Shown here: positions 13,416 to 25,760 of the stretch, one piece after another
Position numbering within the stretch: position 1 is the first letter of the stretch
Layout: each line of letters begins with the position of its first letter
Source: Eledone cirrhosa
Taxonomy: Eukaryota
Reading direction: 5' to 3'
NCBI GenBank assembly: GCA_964016885.1
Contig: OZ024742.1
Location: 212,288,001-212,352,000 of the forward strand
DNA length: 64,000 nucleotides
Made by a program: the position numbers and the translations under genes
The notes under the pieces: model-generated
The model's input: the letters and a program-made list of their open reading frames with translations, nothing else
What the model was told of the DNA's origin: nothing
The model's database searches: none

Positions 13416-15533
13416 TTAAATAATTCAGCTATGTGTAGAAATACCATACAGTTTTATTACTCTTATCTGAATGAGAGACTGTTTTGTTCCTTTGACTTCT
13501 TTCCTCTTCAAAATCATTGAGCATGTTCTGAAAATGTTATCCCATTTATTTGAATGTTAGTGCAGTCTCTGTAACTAAGGAAATGAATGTACATAGCATA
13601 AAAGGTTATATTTTGCTGTTTATAGATTAATATTAATGCTTTTAAATATCTGCACAAAAAGTTTCATGTTGTATCCAAATTCTCATTAACATTATAAGAA
13701 CTAAGATGTTTCTCATCAATGCTTAACATATTATCTGTTTGTTGACATTGTTACAGAACACTGGAGTAAAGTTTATATAATTTTAACTCCACTTTCAGAA
13801 ACTATATTAATTTTACTATATTATTCTTTTGTGTGTGTTATATTCATCTTTATTCTTTTTTTTTAAAGTTTCTTTATATATTTACAAAAAACATTTATAG
13901 AAATATGTCCATTTTTGTATATAGAGTAATGCATTAGTATGGCTTGCATCAATTTCAAACATACAGTTTCAGAAACTTGTATCACTGGATTACTTTTATC
14001 ATGAACAATATTGTATTCTGAGAGCAGGATGGCAGATTTTTGTGGGTCATAGAACTATTTAGGAATATAGATTTCTTATATATGCATGAACCTTCTTATT
14101 AGAAATAGAAATTTGATAAGGTATTGAGCAATGTAAGTAAAACAACTTCAGATGAGGGACTTAAAAATGTGAGAATTCCTGTTGTAGTAAATTCTATCCA
14201 CTTTTTCTTCTAATGTTATATACATTAAGAAGTATTATTTATTACAAATTTATATGAAGATTGTTTGATACACCACATATACTAGAGTATACTGTGAATT
14301 TCAATGATTTATGCAAAAAATAATGGGTCACACTATACACAGATATTTGATTGGTGAGGATGGTATTCATGGATTTTTCTGTGACTGTAACCTAATTTTC
14401 ATGGTACTTACTGTTGGCTAACCTTAATAGCACTGGTAATTTCCTTTGGCATGCCTCCTGAAGCCTGGATTCTTTTATTCTATTGCTACATGAAGAACAG
14501 AATGTCACTATGTATACTGCTTAAAATATACAAATACCAAGTAATGATATTTTTCCTATCTAAAATTATGAAAATATTTGTAAATTTCAAGTTACATACT
14601 TAGCTCTTCATGTAGCAACAAAAGGTAAAAAAAAAATAGGCTACATAGGAAGCAGTCCTATGGCCAAGAATTCACTGGTAATCAATAGAAGTGCAAGTGT
14701 GATGTAGTCAGGCATGAACAAAGGCAAATTTATCTGCAAATCCTCATTTGTTTTCAAGAAATGTTCTCAATATTTTGGGGTGGCTATATAAAAAAACAAA
14801 GAAAGTAAGCAAAGTATATATATTGTACAGCTGAAAAAAAATTTACCAGATAATCTGGTTAATTACTTATACTTACATTCTTTTAAAAAAATGTAAGTAT
14901 AACATTTTCCTCATTATAATAGGCCTACCAGTATTGCTCAAAAGCTAGGATTGCATTATGCATGAAGTAGGCTTATAGATGAGTGTATGCAATATTACCT
15001 ATATTTAGTCAATAAAAATATTACCATTAATCATATTATATACTTCAGGTTTATGTATGAAACACCAGTCTGTATTGGCAGATACAGTTCAAACTCGTTT
15101 AATTTATTATGGTGGTTCTTCAGACATGAAGAAAATTACATTGGCTCAAAGTATTTATGGGATTGAAATTGTGTAGTGGAAAACATTGCCACACTAAGCA
15201 TTTATATATTCAAGAGTCTAAATGGTTGTGGTTGTGTTGAGATATACAGCATAAAAGTAAATGATCAAAGAATTATTTTGTAGCTATAGGTTTTCTGTCT
15301 TTATAGTAGGCAGAATGTCCCTAGAATTTAGGACTTACATCTTAAAGTGTGATACCAATTCCATGTATTATAATTAGAAACTTAATCCTATACAAGCCTC
15401 ATTATTCAAGAGTATTTAGCATTAGGCTTAAATCGCCATTGTCCTTTTTTGTCTTCAGGTTTTTAGGGTAAAAACAGTCTATTTCTTTGATAAGAATAAA
15501 TTAATCAACTGGATTTTATTTTTTTATTTTTAG

Positions 15534-15647
15534 GGAGGGCGAAGGAAAATTGCTCAGCCTTACCACACTAATAATCGGAAAGAGAGGACAGCTGACCATA
15601 CCTATCAAATGTCGAGATGGACACCATATATAAAAGATATCATGGAG
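15534..15647 (+). CDS. STXBP1: Sec1/Munc18 (Rop) coding exon, 4th from last
   Basis: ttttag|...|gtatga, phase 0/0; translates GGRRKIAQPYHTNNRKERTADHTYQMSRWTPYIKDIME, containing the Sec1-family SRWTP motif. Confidence 0.97.
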
Positions 15648-16214
15648 GTATGATTTGTATTTCTGGTTTTAATAATGTGGCATTACTAGATCTTAGTAGC
15701 TCAGGTAAAAGATGGCTAGAATATATAATACAATTTGGGCAGGGGATCAAATCCTGCCTATGAACTTTTTTTCTTTAGTTGAGCAAAACAAAAATTTATA
15801 CACCTTTTCAAATATACACAGGGAAAACAAACTCACTGCTCTACATTGAGCAGCATATATCAACTTATCCCACAGATAACTTAACTGGAAAATAAACACC
15901 AGGTGTTTAGCATGTGTATTATGTGATACAGTCCATAGTACTTCTTCTTCATCCACTTATTCCTGGGAGGGTCGTGGGGGTTGAGTCCTCAAGTTCTTCC
16001 AGCAGGTCTTGTCAATAGTACTTACTAGTATAATAAAATGCTCCAAATAAAACATCTATCGAGCTGAAATTGTAACTTTCATTTCAATGAAACACTGGAT
16101 TAATATATGGTTGAGTAAGTGCTACTGATTTTGAAAAGTTGATGTACTCCTTGCTTTTAAACACGTTTTTGTGTTAGAACAGGTTTTAATGTTCCAGATT
16201 TTCTGTCATTTTAG

Positions 16215-16300
16215 GCAGCAGTTGAAGATAAGCTAGATACTCGACATTTCCCATTTTTTAGTGGTGGAGGACCAAGACCAAGTTGTCAACAACCAATAAG
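16215..16300 (+). CDS. STXBP1: Munc18 coding exon, 3rd from last
   Basis: tttag|...AG|gtaatg, phase 0/2; AAVEDKLDTRHFPFFSGGGPRPSCQQPI(S). Confidence 0.96.
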
Positions 16301-16491
16301 GTAATGAATTGTACACATTTTCTGTTAGTTATTTTGAGGGCATTTATAATTCAGAATATTTCCATTTAATTCCTATTCTACTATATTTTTTTTAAATTAT
16401 AAATATATTCCATTAAATGATTTTGAATTTCTTGGTAAAATTTGTGAACATAATTTTGAAAGGTATACTTTGATAAATCTTTTTATTGTAG

Positions 16492-16646
16492 TGTCCGTTA
16501 TGGACACTGGCATAAAGACAAAGGTCAAGCAAGCTACAAGAGTGGTCCGCGCCTGATAATATTTGTGGTGGGCGGTATTGCTTATTCTGAGATGCGAAGT
16601 GCCTATGAAGTGACACAGGCTGTCAAGAACTGGGAAGTTATTCTGG
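16492..16646 (+). CDS. STXBP1: Munc18 penultimate coding exon
   Basis: tgtag|...G|gtgagt, phase 2/1; [51 protein letters not shown](G). Confidence 0.98.
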
Positions 16647-16755
16647 GTGAGTAGCCATTTAATAATCATTTTCCTTAAATTGGTTGGATTTTAATAGATT
16701 TACCAGTCAATGTTCATATGTGTTGCTTCTTCTAAAACTACAATTATTGTTTCAG

Positions 16756-16820
16756 GTGCAACTCATATCCTAACACCTGAAGGTCTTCTACGAGATCTCC
16801 GCAAGATTAGCAATCCATAA
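16756..16820 (+). CDS. STXBP1: Munc18 terminal coding exon
   Basis: ttcag| phase 1; (G)ATHILTPEGLLRDLRKISNP then TAA. Confidence 0.97.
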
Positions 16821-18760
16821 CTGAATGAAGCATTAGCTGTGAGTTGTTATTCTAGCAGTTTATGTATTTTGTGATTATCACTGTTTCTCAATATTATTTT
16901 AATTTTTCATACAAGCTTTCCCTTTTATTACATTTCCAGTTTAAAATAACATTAGCTAATATTTGTTAAAATGTAATTTGTTTGTTTTGTTTTTTTTATT
17001 TTTTGTTGTTGTTTTTGTTGTTTTTTTTTATTTTTTGTTGTTGTTTTATTTTTTTTGTTTTTTTTAACAATAAGAAGCATCTGCAAAAGATAGATGGATC
17101 ATAAGAATTTTACTTAGTAAGAATTTTTTTTTTTTTTTTTTTTTTTTTTTACAGATTTGAAAAATCATTTGGGAATTATTCACATGGTGTACAGCAAGCA
17201 GCACCTTTCACATTCATTTTATGTTGGCATTCCTATTCATTTTGTTAGTGCAATCTATAACAATTAGAAAGGAAATTTTTCTCAGTCCATTAATTTTGTA
17301 AACTTTATCATTTTTCTCTATTGCATGATCCACAATATGTAAGACATGTTTTTTCACTTATTAGAAGCAATGCTTCTTTTCATTTCTCCACCAGGCTGTG
17401 CATGAATTTATATCAAGATGGACATTACTGTAGCAATCTGATGAGGTCACACAGATGCCTACTTCACTGATTTTTATCAAGGGTATCTTTTAAACTAGTC
17501 ATGATTACAAAGTTAATGGATTTTTTTATTTTTACTCAATACTATATTAAATAATTCTTTAAAAGCATCATGATTTGTTTTCAAATTGTTGACAGGCAAA
17601 TGATGTCTTGTATCCTTAAAAAAAAAAAAGATCCTCCCCTACAAAAAAAAATCATGCATTTTAACTAAATACTTTAAAGAAAGCTTTTTTTTTTCTTGGA
17701 TATATTTTGATGGTTCTTTTATTTTAATTTAAATTTTGGATAAATTTTTCTTGTCCATGACATTTTAATTTAAAAGAAACGCATCTGTCTTTATTCAATT
17801 TTTAACTGGTTTTCATTTCTAATCCGATACAAAATGGTTTATTCAATTTTTTTTAAAAAAGTATTTCCAATTGTAAATTTCTCATTAAAATGATGAGACA
17901 TTTCAATTTAATATTTACAGCAAATTTGGCACTTCAATAAGATTTTAAGATTTAAATGTTGTAACGTTTGCTCTAAAACACTAATTAATAGTATAGCATG
18001 CACTAATTCTAAACTTTAAACAATTTAAATTCTTTTTTCTAAATTTAAAAATCTTAAACTGAATCATTGTTAGTTTTCTCTAAATTCTTTCAAAGAGATA
18101 TTTCTCTTTTAGCTAAGGAATATACTAATTTTTTTTTTTTTTTTTCGTCAGTACATTTTACATTCCAGAATGAGAGCTATTTAAAATATTTACTATAAAA
18201 TCTCTTGTAAGCTTTGACTTAGTTTTCATCATTGGTTGAACAATTTAGCATATTCAACCAGTTACAACTTACCTTATTTAGTATTTGCCATTAACATTTA
18301 CTGTTGTGAAGTAATCAACTTCTCTTCCATTTAATGTTGGAAATTTAAGATTCAACTGTTAATAGCTGAACCATCAAATATCTCTAAATATTCTTACATG
18401 CTAAATATTCTTACAGCTAAAATAAATATCAATTAAGGATATTTTTTTCTTCGTCTAAAATCTCATGATGGATGCCTAACATTTTATCTAACTGTAATTT
18501 ATGCTTCAATTTTGTTTGTATATAGTACAATGTGATATGTGTATAGCAATTGTATTGTTGTTAATTTGGTTATTACACTTCATTGAAATGTGCTTGTATT
18601 GATATTGTGTTTACATAAAGGTATTAATCATTTGCAAACAATATAAAAAAGGAATCTGTTAATTTCTATTATTGTTTACTATTTATTTAAAAAAATGAAA
18701 TTTTTAAAATGTTGTTGGATTTCTCAATTAGAAATAATAAAGTAAATGTTAAATATTTAT
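16821..18760 (+). other. Probable Munc18 3' UTR (about 1.9 kb)
   Basis: No recognisable TE; U/GU-rich tracts (16978-17065, T-run 17124-17150); AATAAA at 18736-18741 followed by a GU-rich element (gtgtagttgtgtttctttt). Confidence 0.55.
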
Positions 18761-19925
18761 GTGTAGTTGTGTTTCTTTTCTTTAACTCAGTTGAATTTAT
18801 CATACTTTGGATGATTGAAATAACTTTGGTTTAAGAAAGTGGATGTTTAATTACATTACTCAGGATTGATTTTGATATTATGAATTATCCCCTTTTTACC
18901 CACCACCACTAATACTGAGTAAAGCATCTCCTTGTATTTAGCTATGAAATATTTTTACTGTATGTGTGTGTGTGTATATATGATTTACATGATAAATTGC
19001 ACCCAGCTATAGAAAACATACCAAACAAAGGGTTGAGAGTACTCATCAGCTGCATCAAGGCCATGACAACCTCCCTAATACTGATGTCACAATAAAATGC
19101 ATTTAGTAGCATGCGGGATCATATGTAAACGAATCTCATAGGGTACATGAATGTGAGATGCAGGCTTCTAGCCCAAACCATGGGGTGAGTAGACATTAAC
19201 CCTTTAGCATTTACTATTATATTTTCATGGTAAAGGCTTTATCTCACATAAAATATCAAATGAGATTTTGAGAACGATACCTTAATATCAGTATGAGTGG
19301 CCGGTTGAAATGATGTAAGAACTGTTCCACTATATAATCTCTTCATTTTAGAAAGAATAATTGTCCTGTGATTATAAAAACACTTGTCTGGGTTGAAGTA
19401 TGACCAACTGAGGTGAATCTGTCAATTCATGCACATAGTAATTACTACACCTTCAATTGAACTTATTCTCAGTAACATAGGAATGAAATTCATTTACTTT
19501 ATAACATTTAGACAAAAATGAACAAGGCATCCAAAGTAGTTGTAGATTAATCAAGAAAAAAACTCCTTCATAAAATTTTCTAGTGGTATTTATTTACATA
19601 TATATACACACACATTAGACCATTTTAAAATAACGTTTTTTTTACAATGATTTTTATTAAATAAACAGGGCTATATTTTGAGATGGTCTAGTAAGTTTTG
19701 GGCCACCCTGTATAAATATCCAAGGAAGATTGTTGTAATTGATTATATATATATAATCAGTTAGACCATAGGCACATTTCTGGTTGTTGTTATAGATATC
19801 ACTTTTTGTATGTATTTAGTAAGAGGACAGAATGGAAGTGAGATGTGTGTCCTGAGTCCATGATAAAGCTGTAAGTGGTACGGCTGTTGTAAATTATTCT
19901 TTTAAACTTCCTCGAAGATTCAGCT

Positions 19926-20037
19926 TCAAGTTTGTACCTTTCTTGTTGCTGTATTTTGTTGCAAATCTTGAAGCTGTTTGTCCACTTGCTGCTGTAATAG
20001 TGTATTGGTGTTGATTCTTTGTTTTAGTAAGGCCATA
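19926..20037 (-). CDS. CCDC18: CCDC18-like terminal coding exon
   Basis: ttgcag|T MALLKQRINTNTLLQQQVDKQLQDLQQNTATRKVQT TGA; phase 2 matches the previous exon; coiled-coil composition; minus-strand AATAAA at 19653-19658. Confidence 0.75.
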
Positions 20038-20259
20038 CTGCAAATAGAAATAACCAAATAGTATTTTTCTATAGAAATATTGACAAGCAAGCTCTATGAA
20101 ATATTTAAAAGTTAAGGCTATTTTAATAATAGCGCATATGTACAAGCATGGCTGTGGTTGTTTCAAATTCAGTTCCCCTACATAGCACCTTTGGCTGACC
20201 AGTTCCTTGTGAGAGAATTTGGTAGGCGGAAACTGTAGGAAGCCTATTGTGTATGTATA

Positions 20260-21300
20260 TCAACATTACCATTTTTCCATGCTAGCACAAGTTAGTCTGG
20301 CTTGTCTCACAACTCGTCTGTCTTGCTCATACAGAACTGTTTCTGGGTGAGGTAGTGTATGTATGCTTCAACCTGTGCACATGGAAAGGCAGGTCTTCTG
20401 TACTACTGCATAGCTTTCAAAAGATACAATTGTGCACGGTCAGCTTTTATCACCTCACCCCATAGTTTCCATCAACTTTTTATACAGCTGTCATCTATCA
20501 TACCAACACATTCTCCTCTCCTGCACACTGCAGCTGATACCTCTTATGCCTAGTTTCTCTCTCTGTTTATTTATGCTTGTGCCATTCATGTATATTACAC
20601 ATCCATCAAAGCATGCCAGCTTCATTTCTTTCTAATCTACACACAGTACCCATGCATCATACAATCTGCCCTTCATTTTGAGGTAAAAACCTTTTGTAGC
20701 GAGCAGTGTTAGTAGCTTTCAGAACACCTACCTCCACTGCTAATTTGGTCGCCCAGAAACTACTTCTACCAAGTCCACTGAGCATGTAAAAGAGCTAGTA
20801 TCCTGTGGGCTCTTGCTACTTACTGCGCCTGTGCAATGACCACATATAAAACCTGCATTCTTTGCTAGCTTACCTGAAATTGCACTACATCTCTTGTATA
20901 CCCATAGTTTGAATTTGGAGCATATGATGGAATTTCTACCTACTCTTTTCCTACACACTGAGCAAGACCATTTCCCTGAAGGAATCTGGGCCTTGTTTTC
21001 CTTTCTACATACTAGGACTTTGGTCTTTGCTAAGTTGACTTTTAGGCCTTACATTAGGTCATCTGCATTCAGAAGTTCCCGTGGGCAGCCAGTCTTAAAC
21101 TCTTCTGTTATAAGCCTGAAGGACGATGATAAACGAGAGAGGGCTAAGAACAGAGCACTGATGGATTCCTACCTGCATGCTAAATTCTTCACTATAGTTG
21201 TTATTAATTTTAACCTTGCTGACTGTTCCTCTATATATGGCTTGTACTGCCCTCACAAGCCACTCATCTAGTTTTCTCTGAGCCAACCAAATAATGGAAT
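20260..21300 (-). mobile_element. Degenerate RTE-clade LINE fragment
   Basis: DEWLVRAVQAIYRG...FSMQVGIHQCSVLSPLSFIIVL; C-x-x-C/VGRNSI..C..WV.KRCS region. Confidence 0.85.
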
Positions 21301-22110
21301 GGGAGACTGATAAAATGCACCCAGTACAGTCTGTAAAGTAGTAGATATTAGGAAATGCATAAGCAAAACATGGTTCTTCAATTTATCTAGTGCCAGCTGC
21401 TGTAAAACATAAACAATACATCTTGCAGGCAGGCTAGGCATTCATTGAACATTAGCTCTCTCGCTTATATATATATATACACCATAATTAAAATAAAGTA
21501 TGGGTTGCCATCAAGAAGGATATCCAGTCATAGAAACATCTCATCCCAATGCATATGTAAAAATGTTAAAGGTATAGAAACATCTTTAATGCTAGTAATT
21601 TAAGTGAAGAAAACATTGTAGTCTTTTATCAGTTGTTAGATTATTTAATCCTCATGACAGAAGGCATTTCACACTGACTGAATTAATAAATTCATATATG
21701 GTCCTGAAGCTAAAAAAAGAACATGATCATTAAAGTGAAGGATACTCAAAACAATATCATGATTCTAACTGCTGGTACCTTGAGCAAAATTTATTAAATC
21801 ACCATAAAACATTGGCAACAATTGCAGGTGAACAGCAGAAGCATTTCATTTGAAAATTTAATGTCAGTGGAGAGTTCTGGAATTGTTGGCTACCCACGAG
21901 GTGCAGTGGATATTCCAGTGCATCGCCCTCATAATCCTCTGAGGCAACATCTTTTCTATCCTGTCTGCCAGGACCACGTCTTGAACAGTGAGTGGTAAAT
22001 ACAGATCACACACTAAAAATAAGCTATGATGTAGTTGTCACAAATAATAATAATGAATATGAAAATAAACTGAGAAAGATATGGTGATTAATGATAAAGG
22101 TATAGCTTAC

Positions 22111-22180
22111 TACTTTTGTCTGTCAATATCTCTATCCCCAGTCATTTCAATCTGTTGGATATCTTTTGATTTAACAGTTT
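22111..22180 (-). CDS. CCDC18: CCDC18-like penultimate exon
   Basis: tgcag|..TVKSKDIQQIEMTGDRDIDRQK TA|gtaagc; phase 1/2. Confidence 0.72.
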
Positions 22181-22416
22181 CTGCAAATTTAAAATATCAA
22201 AAGTTAATACCATTTTTTAATAACTAAATCAGAAAAGAATACTTGTTTAAAAATGCAGAATATCTAAATACTGACTAATCTTATTTGTTCACAGGCAAAC
22301 TTAGTGCATTGTCTGAGGCATCAGACTTAAAATTTAAAGAGAAGAATTCAGCAGAAGGTAACATCCACAGTTTAAAAGCTGTTCTCATTGTGAAAAAAAT
22401 ATACATATATAATTAC

Positions 22417-22523
22417 CTGTGTTTTTCTCAAAGATATTGGAGACTGTAGGAATACCAGGTACAGATTTAGGTTCATTAAAATCACCGATTTGAGCATTAT
22501 CTAGAATAGTAGTGATTTCCTTG
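22417..22523 (-). CDS. CCDC18: CCDC18-like exon
   Basis: tatag|C KEITTILDNAQIGDF...FEKNT G|gtaatt; phase 2/1. Confidence 0.78.
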
Positions 22524-22914
22524 CTATAAGAAAAAATATATATATTTCACAGAAATAGTACTAATAGCTGCAGAATAATAAAATATTTTTATACAGTCAA
22601 ATGGAAATTCCTTCAATTGGTGTACTTATTAGAACAATTGTGATGTTTGCTTCTTAAACAATGTTTGAGCTTATCAATAACACTGATAGATATTGTGATT
22701 AATCATAAAGCAATGTTTGATTTTAAAGAATTCATACTTATATGAAAACCTTTCAACATAATTTTATGTAAGAACATTTTAAGTTATATTCCAAACATCA
22801 GTTTAATAATGAAAAGTTTTATTTGACTAAATTCATCCAATCTTTGTATTATTTTCAAAATTAATTGAATCACATTGGCAGTGTATTAGTAACAAAATGA
22901 TTAAAGACACTTAC

Positions 22915-23087
22915 TAATTTTCTGATGTTAATGAAGATTCATTCTCAGCTTGATATTTGTTGTAGTCAAATGTTGCCTGATTTTGAAGTTGAGAAACCTT
23001 ATTTTGTCCAAACTGTAAACATTTTAAACTTAGTAGAATTTTTTCAGTATTTGCTAAATCTGATTTCAATTTAGAAATTTCAATATC
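22915..23087 (-). CDS. CCDC18: CCDC18-like exon
   Basis: aacag|DIEISKLKSDLANTEK...SLTSEN TA|gtaagt; phase 0/2. Confidence 0.85.
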
Positions 23088-23289
23088 CTGTTACAAAAGA
23101 CAAAACAATACTGAATTCAGAACTTATTTCCAGAAATATTTATGCATGCAATAGAAATTAAGCAACAAAAAGAAGGGAAGAGTGACACTCTACAGTCTGA
23201 GCAGTATCTCTCAGCTGTGTCCTGTGGACAAAATGGTGAAGGCATTGCCATAGAGAACAACCACTCCACCTTCCTTAGGCAGGCTGTTG

Positions 23290-23640
23290 TTTTTCCAATT
23301 TTGTGAAGGAAAATGGTAATTCAAGGACTTATGATACCTAAAGTCTCGATGGCAACTGGCAGTCTGTCAAAAGCCAGTATTTGGCAATTTTCCTTTCCTC
23401 TGCACTGTGGGAGTGTGGCCAAAGCAACAAAGTTGGAGGTGGGGAATGAGTAGTAGCATGTGGCATCCCAGATTAAGGATTTACCTCTCTGAAATGGAAA
23501 GAGAGTTATCTTGTCTGAGTGCATACCATTGCCACGATCAAGACCTGCTGGCTTCAGTTGTGACAGGTAGCCAGCCACATTGAGGCACCTTCAGAGCTGC
23601 CCTGCATTATGACAGCAGGATAGCGGGGTGCAGACCTATT
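23290..23640 (-). mobile_element. Relic of a restriction-like-endonuclease non-LTR element (CRE-like)
   Basis: GLDRGNG..DKITLFPFQRGKSLIWDATC..PVAIETLG matches the RPDGxTLxPWxxGKxLxWD.T / PxAxETLG signature. Confidence 0.75.
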
Positions 23641-23799
23641 ACTGAAAAGAGAGCATTTTAAAATGTTATGAGAATTCACAGCAATCTGTACTACATACAT
23701 ACATACTAGGTTTCCTCCAAATGTTGTTTTAAAAAAAGATGAGATGTAGATTACCTCCTATCAATTTGTCAAAATAAGGTGAGAAGAGGAAGAAATTGT

Positions 23800-23840
<41 letters not shown>

Positions 23841-24783
23841 GAATTTAACTTAATAATAGAATCTTCTTCAGTCTTTCTGACTATTCAACAACAGAAGTTA
23901 CACTTAACAATGTAATACAAGTAACTCTGAAAGACAGTGGATTGGCAGAATTGGTAGAGTGACAAACAAAATGAGTTCAACTTTGTCTTTCATTGTTCTA
24001 AAACCGATAAAATAAGTACTGAGGTTGATCAATTCACAACCCCAATTTTGAGGCCTTGTACCTATGTTGGAATTCAATATTAAGAGTATTCATTTTCCTC
24101 CCCAACTGTGAAGAGCATAGCTACTGTTTTTGAAATATATGGTATATTACAAACGTTTTAGATTTTAATAAAAAGGATTTCATGGGTGAAATAAAATACA
24201 ATGTCATCATCCTTTAATGTCCGTTTTCCCTGTTAGCAAGTGTTGGACAGGTCTTCACAGACCAAGTCAGTACTGAAATGGAGTTACGGGCTTGCATCTT
24301 GCTACATATGATCCCATACTTTATCATGACTTCAGCACAAAGGAGGTTGTCATGGCTTTAACACAATTGAAGGGTCCACTTGACCCTTCATTTAACAAGC
24401 TTTTTATGGCGGGATGCTCTTCCTATCACCAACTACTTTCCAATAAGATAAGAATGGTTAAATGACTCATCTAATTATTGCTCAGAACAGCTACAATATT
24501 GTAACTGACAAAGTCATCAGTTAGATGCCTTATTCATTTAGCCCCTGCATCTAACAATACAACACACACAACAAAATGTACGTATTTAAATAATTGCTTC
24601 TGATTTAAGCACATAAGCCAACAATTTTAGGGGAGGGGAAAGTACTTCATTTCATCAACCCTGTAAGAATGAAAGGCAAAGCTAACCATGGCGGGATTTG
24701 AACTCAGAATGTAAAGTGGCCTTAACTATATGTTGTCTGATGCTCTACTGATTCTGCCAATCTACCACCCTCTTAAATAATAC

Positions 24784-24996
24784 CTTCAAAACCATAGCTT
24801 TATTTGTTGATGCTATAGATTCTCTTTGAACTTTCAGTTCATCTTGGAGAAGATGTAAAGATGCTTTGAAAGAGCTCAAATCTTGTTCATATTGAGTGAC
24901 AGTCTTTGCATGTTTTTTATTTGATTCATTCAGCTTTGCAGTGATGCCTTCTTTGTCTTTTTTCAATATTGAATTAGTCTCCTTCAAACGTTCTAA
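24784..24996 (-). CDS. CCDC18: CCDC18-like exon
   Basis: ttcag|LERLKETNSILKK...ESIASTNKAMVLK|gtatta; phase 0/0. Confidence 0.88.
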
Positions 24997-25574
24997 CTGA
25001 AAAGATAAAATAGTATGTAGACATCTTTTTTTTCATATTGTTTCTCGGAATTAAAACAGTTAAATAATTGAATTAATTTGAATTCTAAACTTTTTCAAAT
25101 AGTTTTGTCAGACCACATAATCACCATTATTGTAAGCTACAAACAAACAGCATATATGTTTCACTGCCCACTCACAACAGATTTCTAGAGACCAAAACTA
25201 TTTTCCTAGAATGTTCTACACACACCTCATATAACCAAAGCCCAACTCCCAAAGGTATGCCTCAGCAGTATGACCAAAAACCACTGCCGATAACACCTGA
25301 AGGAAGTTAGTCACCACTAGTACCTATTATATATATATATATATATATAACCCATGCTAGCGTGGAAGATGGACGTTAAACGATGATGGTGATATATATA
25401 TACACAACGGACCGCCTTACCATTTTGGTCTACCAAATTCACTTACAAAGCATTAGTTTACCCCAAGGGTAAAATAGAAGACACTTGCTCAAGATGCCAT
25501 GTAGTGGAATAGAACCTAAGACCATGTGGTTGCAAAGCAAACGTCTTAACCATACAACCATGCCTATACCTTAA

Positions 25575-25760
25575 AAAATTTGTCAATCGACTTTCGTCAA
25601 ATTGGACCGAGGAAACAATGTTTCCGTTGGTCTTTCCAATTGCTAATACTATCTATCGGTCGCAACTCCAAATGAAGTGTCTTGCTCAAGGACATAACGC
25701 ATCGCCCGGATGTCACAATTGCGATTCCAAGTTCTCTAACCAATCAGCTACATGCCTTCA
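25575..25760 (-). mobile_element. SINE of another family with 13-bp TSD, adjoining a further tRNA-SINE (25370-25565)
   Basis: TSD gcctataccttaa at 25562-25574 and 25761-25773; related copies at about 56400-56680 and 41975-42150. Confidence 0.75.

Noticed and set aside
19894-20166. 90-aa ORF-track frame as the terminal exon
   Set aside because: Splice phase selects another frame (MALLKQRIN...), which has coiled-coil character
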